A DNA stretch of 64,000 nucleotides from Octopus bimaculoides (Eukaryota): positions 19,369,423-19,433,422 of the forward strand of contig NC_068998.1 in assembly GCF_001194135.2 (NCBI RefSeq), written 5' to 3'. A program made the translations under genes and the position numbers. Positions 63,465 through 64,000 of the stretch are shown here, one piece after another (position 1 is the stretch's first letter; each line of letters starts with the position of its first letter). Below the pieces are notes generated by a model, which saw only the letters and a program-made list of their open reading frames with translations, was not told the origin of the DNA and ran no database searches.

Positions 63465-64000
63465 CTAGGTACACAGTTAGGAGTGATTTAGAAATAAAGT
63501 GAAATAACAGAAAATAAAATAAAATAAAATAAACATAGTGATGAGTTATTACATTAATGACAACTTGAACAATAAATCAAAGAAAAAATAATCCAAGTAA
63601 ATGAGTTGATCGACTGGTTACATATCAGCCAACCTGAAACAAAAATTAAAAACTCAATTCTTTTGGTCAGTAATTGTGCTCTCATCCAACACAATGTGAA
63701 ATGAGATACAATGTTCTTTACACACTGAAACAAATCTTCTTACTTCCACGAACTATTAGGTAAAGGGAGGGTCAACAAAAATGGAAATAAAACTAACACC
63801 AAAGAAACTGTCCAAGCTTTTGACTAAAACGTTTTCAATAACAAGAAAACATACAAACAGATCGACAATCAAACTAAATTATTACACAATACACAGTTAC
63901 TTTATAGAGCTATAGCCAAGAATTTTTTCATTTTTATTTGAATTGAAAAAGCAGGAAAAAAATTAATTTTTTTATATAATTCAACTTTAAAGTTCTTGAA

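Overview
AT-rich, microsatellite- and SINE-laden animal genomic DNA with four sized N-gaps. The repeat families look like those of Octopus (inference, not database-checked). The window is dominated by the 3' part of one intron-rich gene on the minus strand, a VPS13 (VPS13A/C-type) bridge-like lipid transfer protein. I read 25 phase-compatible GT-AG exons by hand from 46858 down to the stop at 10624 (2748 nt, 915 aa plus stop), covering the end of the VAB repeats, the WWE-like segment, ATG2_C and the PH-like C-terminus. A Lys/Glu-rich exon (63357-63464) and a 30-nt microexon (56174-56203) are probable additional upstream exons. The introns hold a decayed piggyBac (PGBD4-like) transposase, a Penelope GIY-YIG fragment, RTE and CR1/Jockey LINE remnants, TTAA- and hAT-type MITEs and tRNA-derived SINEs. 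Highlights: an apparently intact type I hammerhead ribozyme at 14832-14899 (+, antisense to VPS13) with a degenerate relative at the end of the Penelope fragment, a UGC-flanked microexon, a recursive-splice-like AG|GTAAG site in the longest intron, and long intronic hairpins. Most ORFs in the supplied track are spurious. All coordinates, translations and alignments were done by eye.
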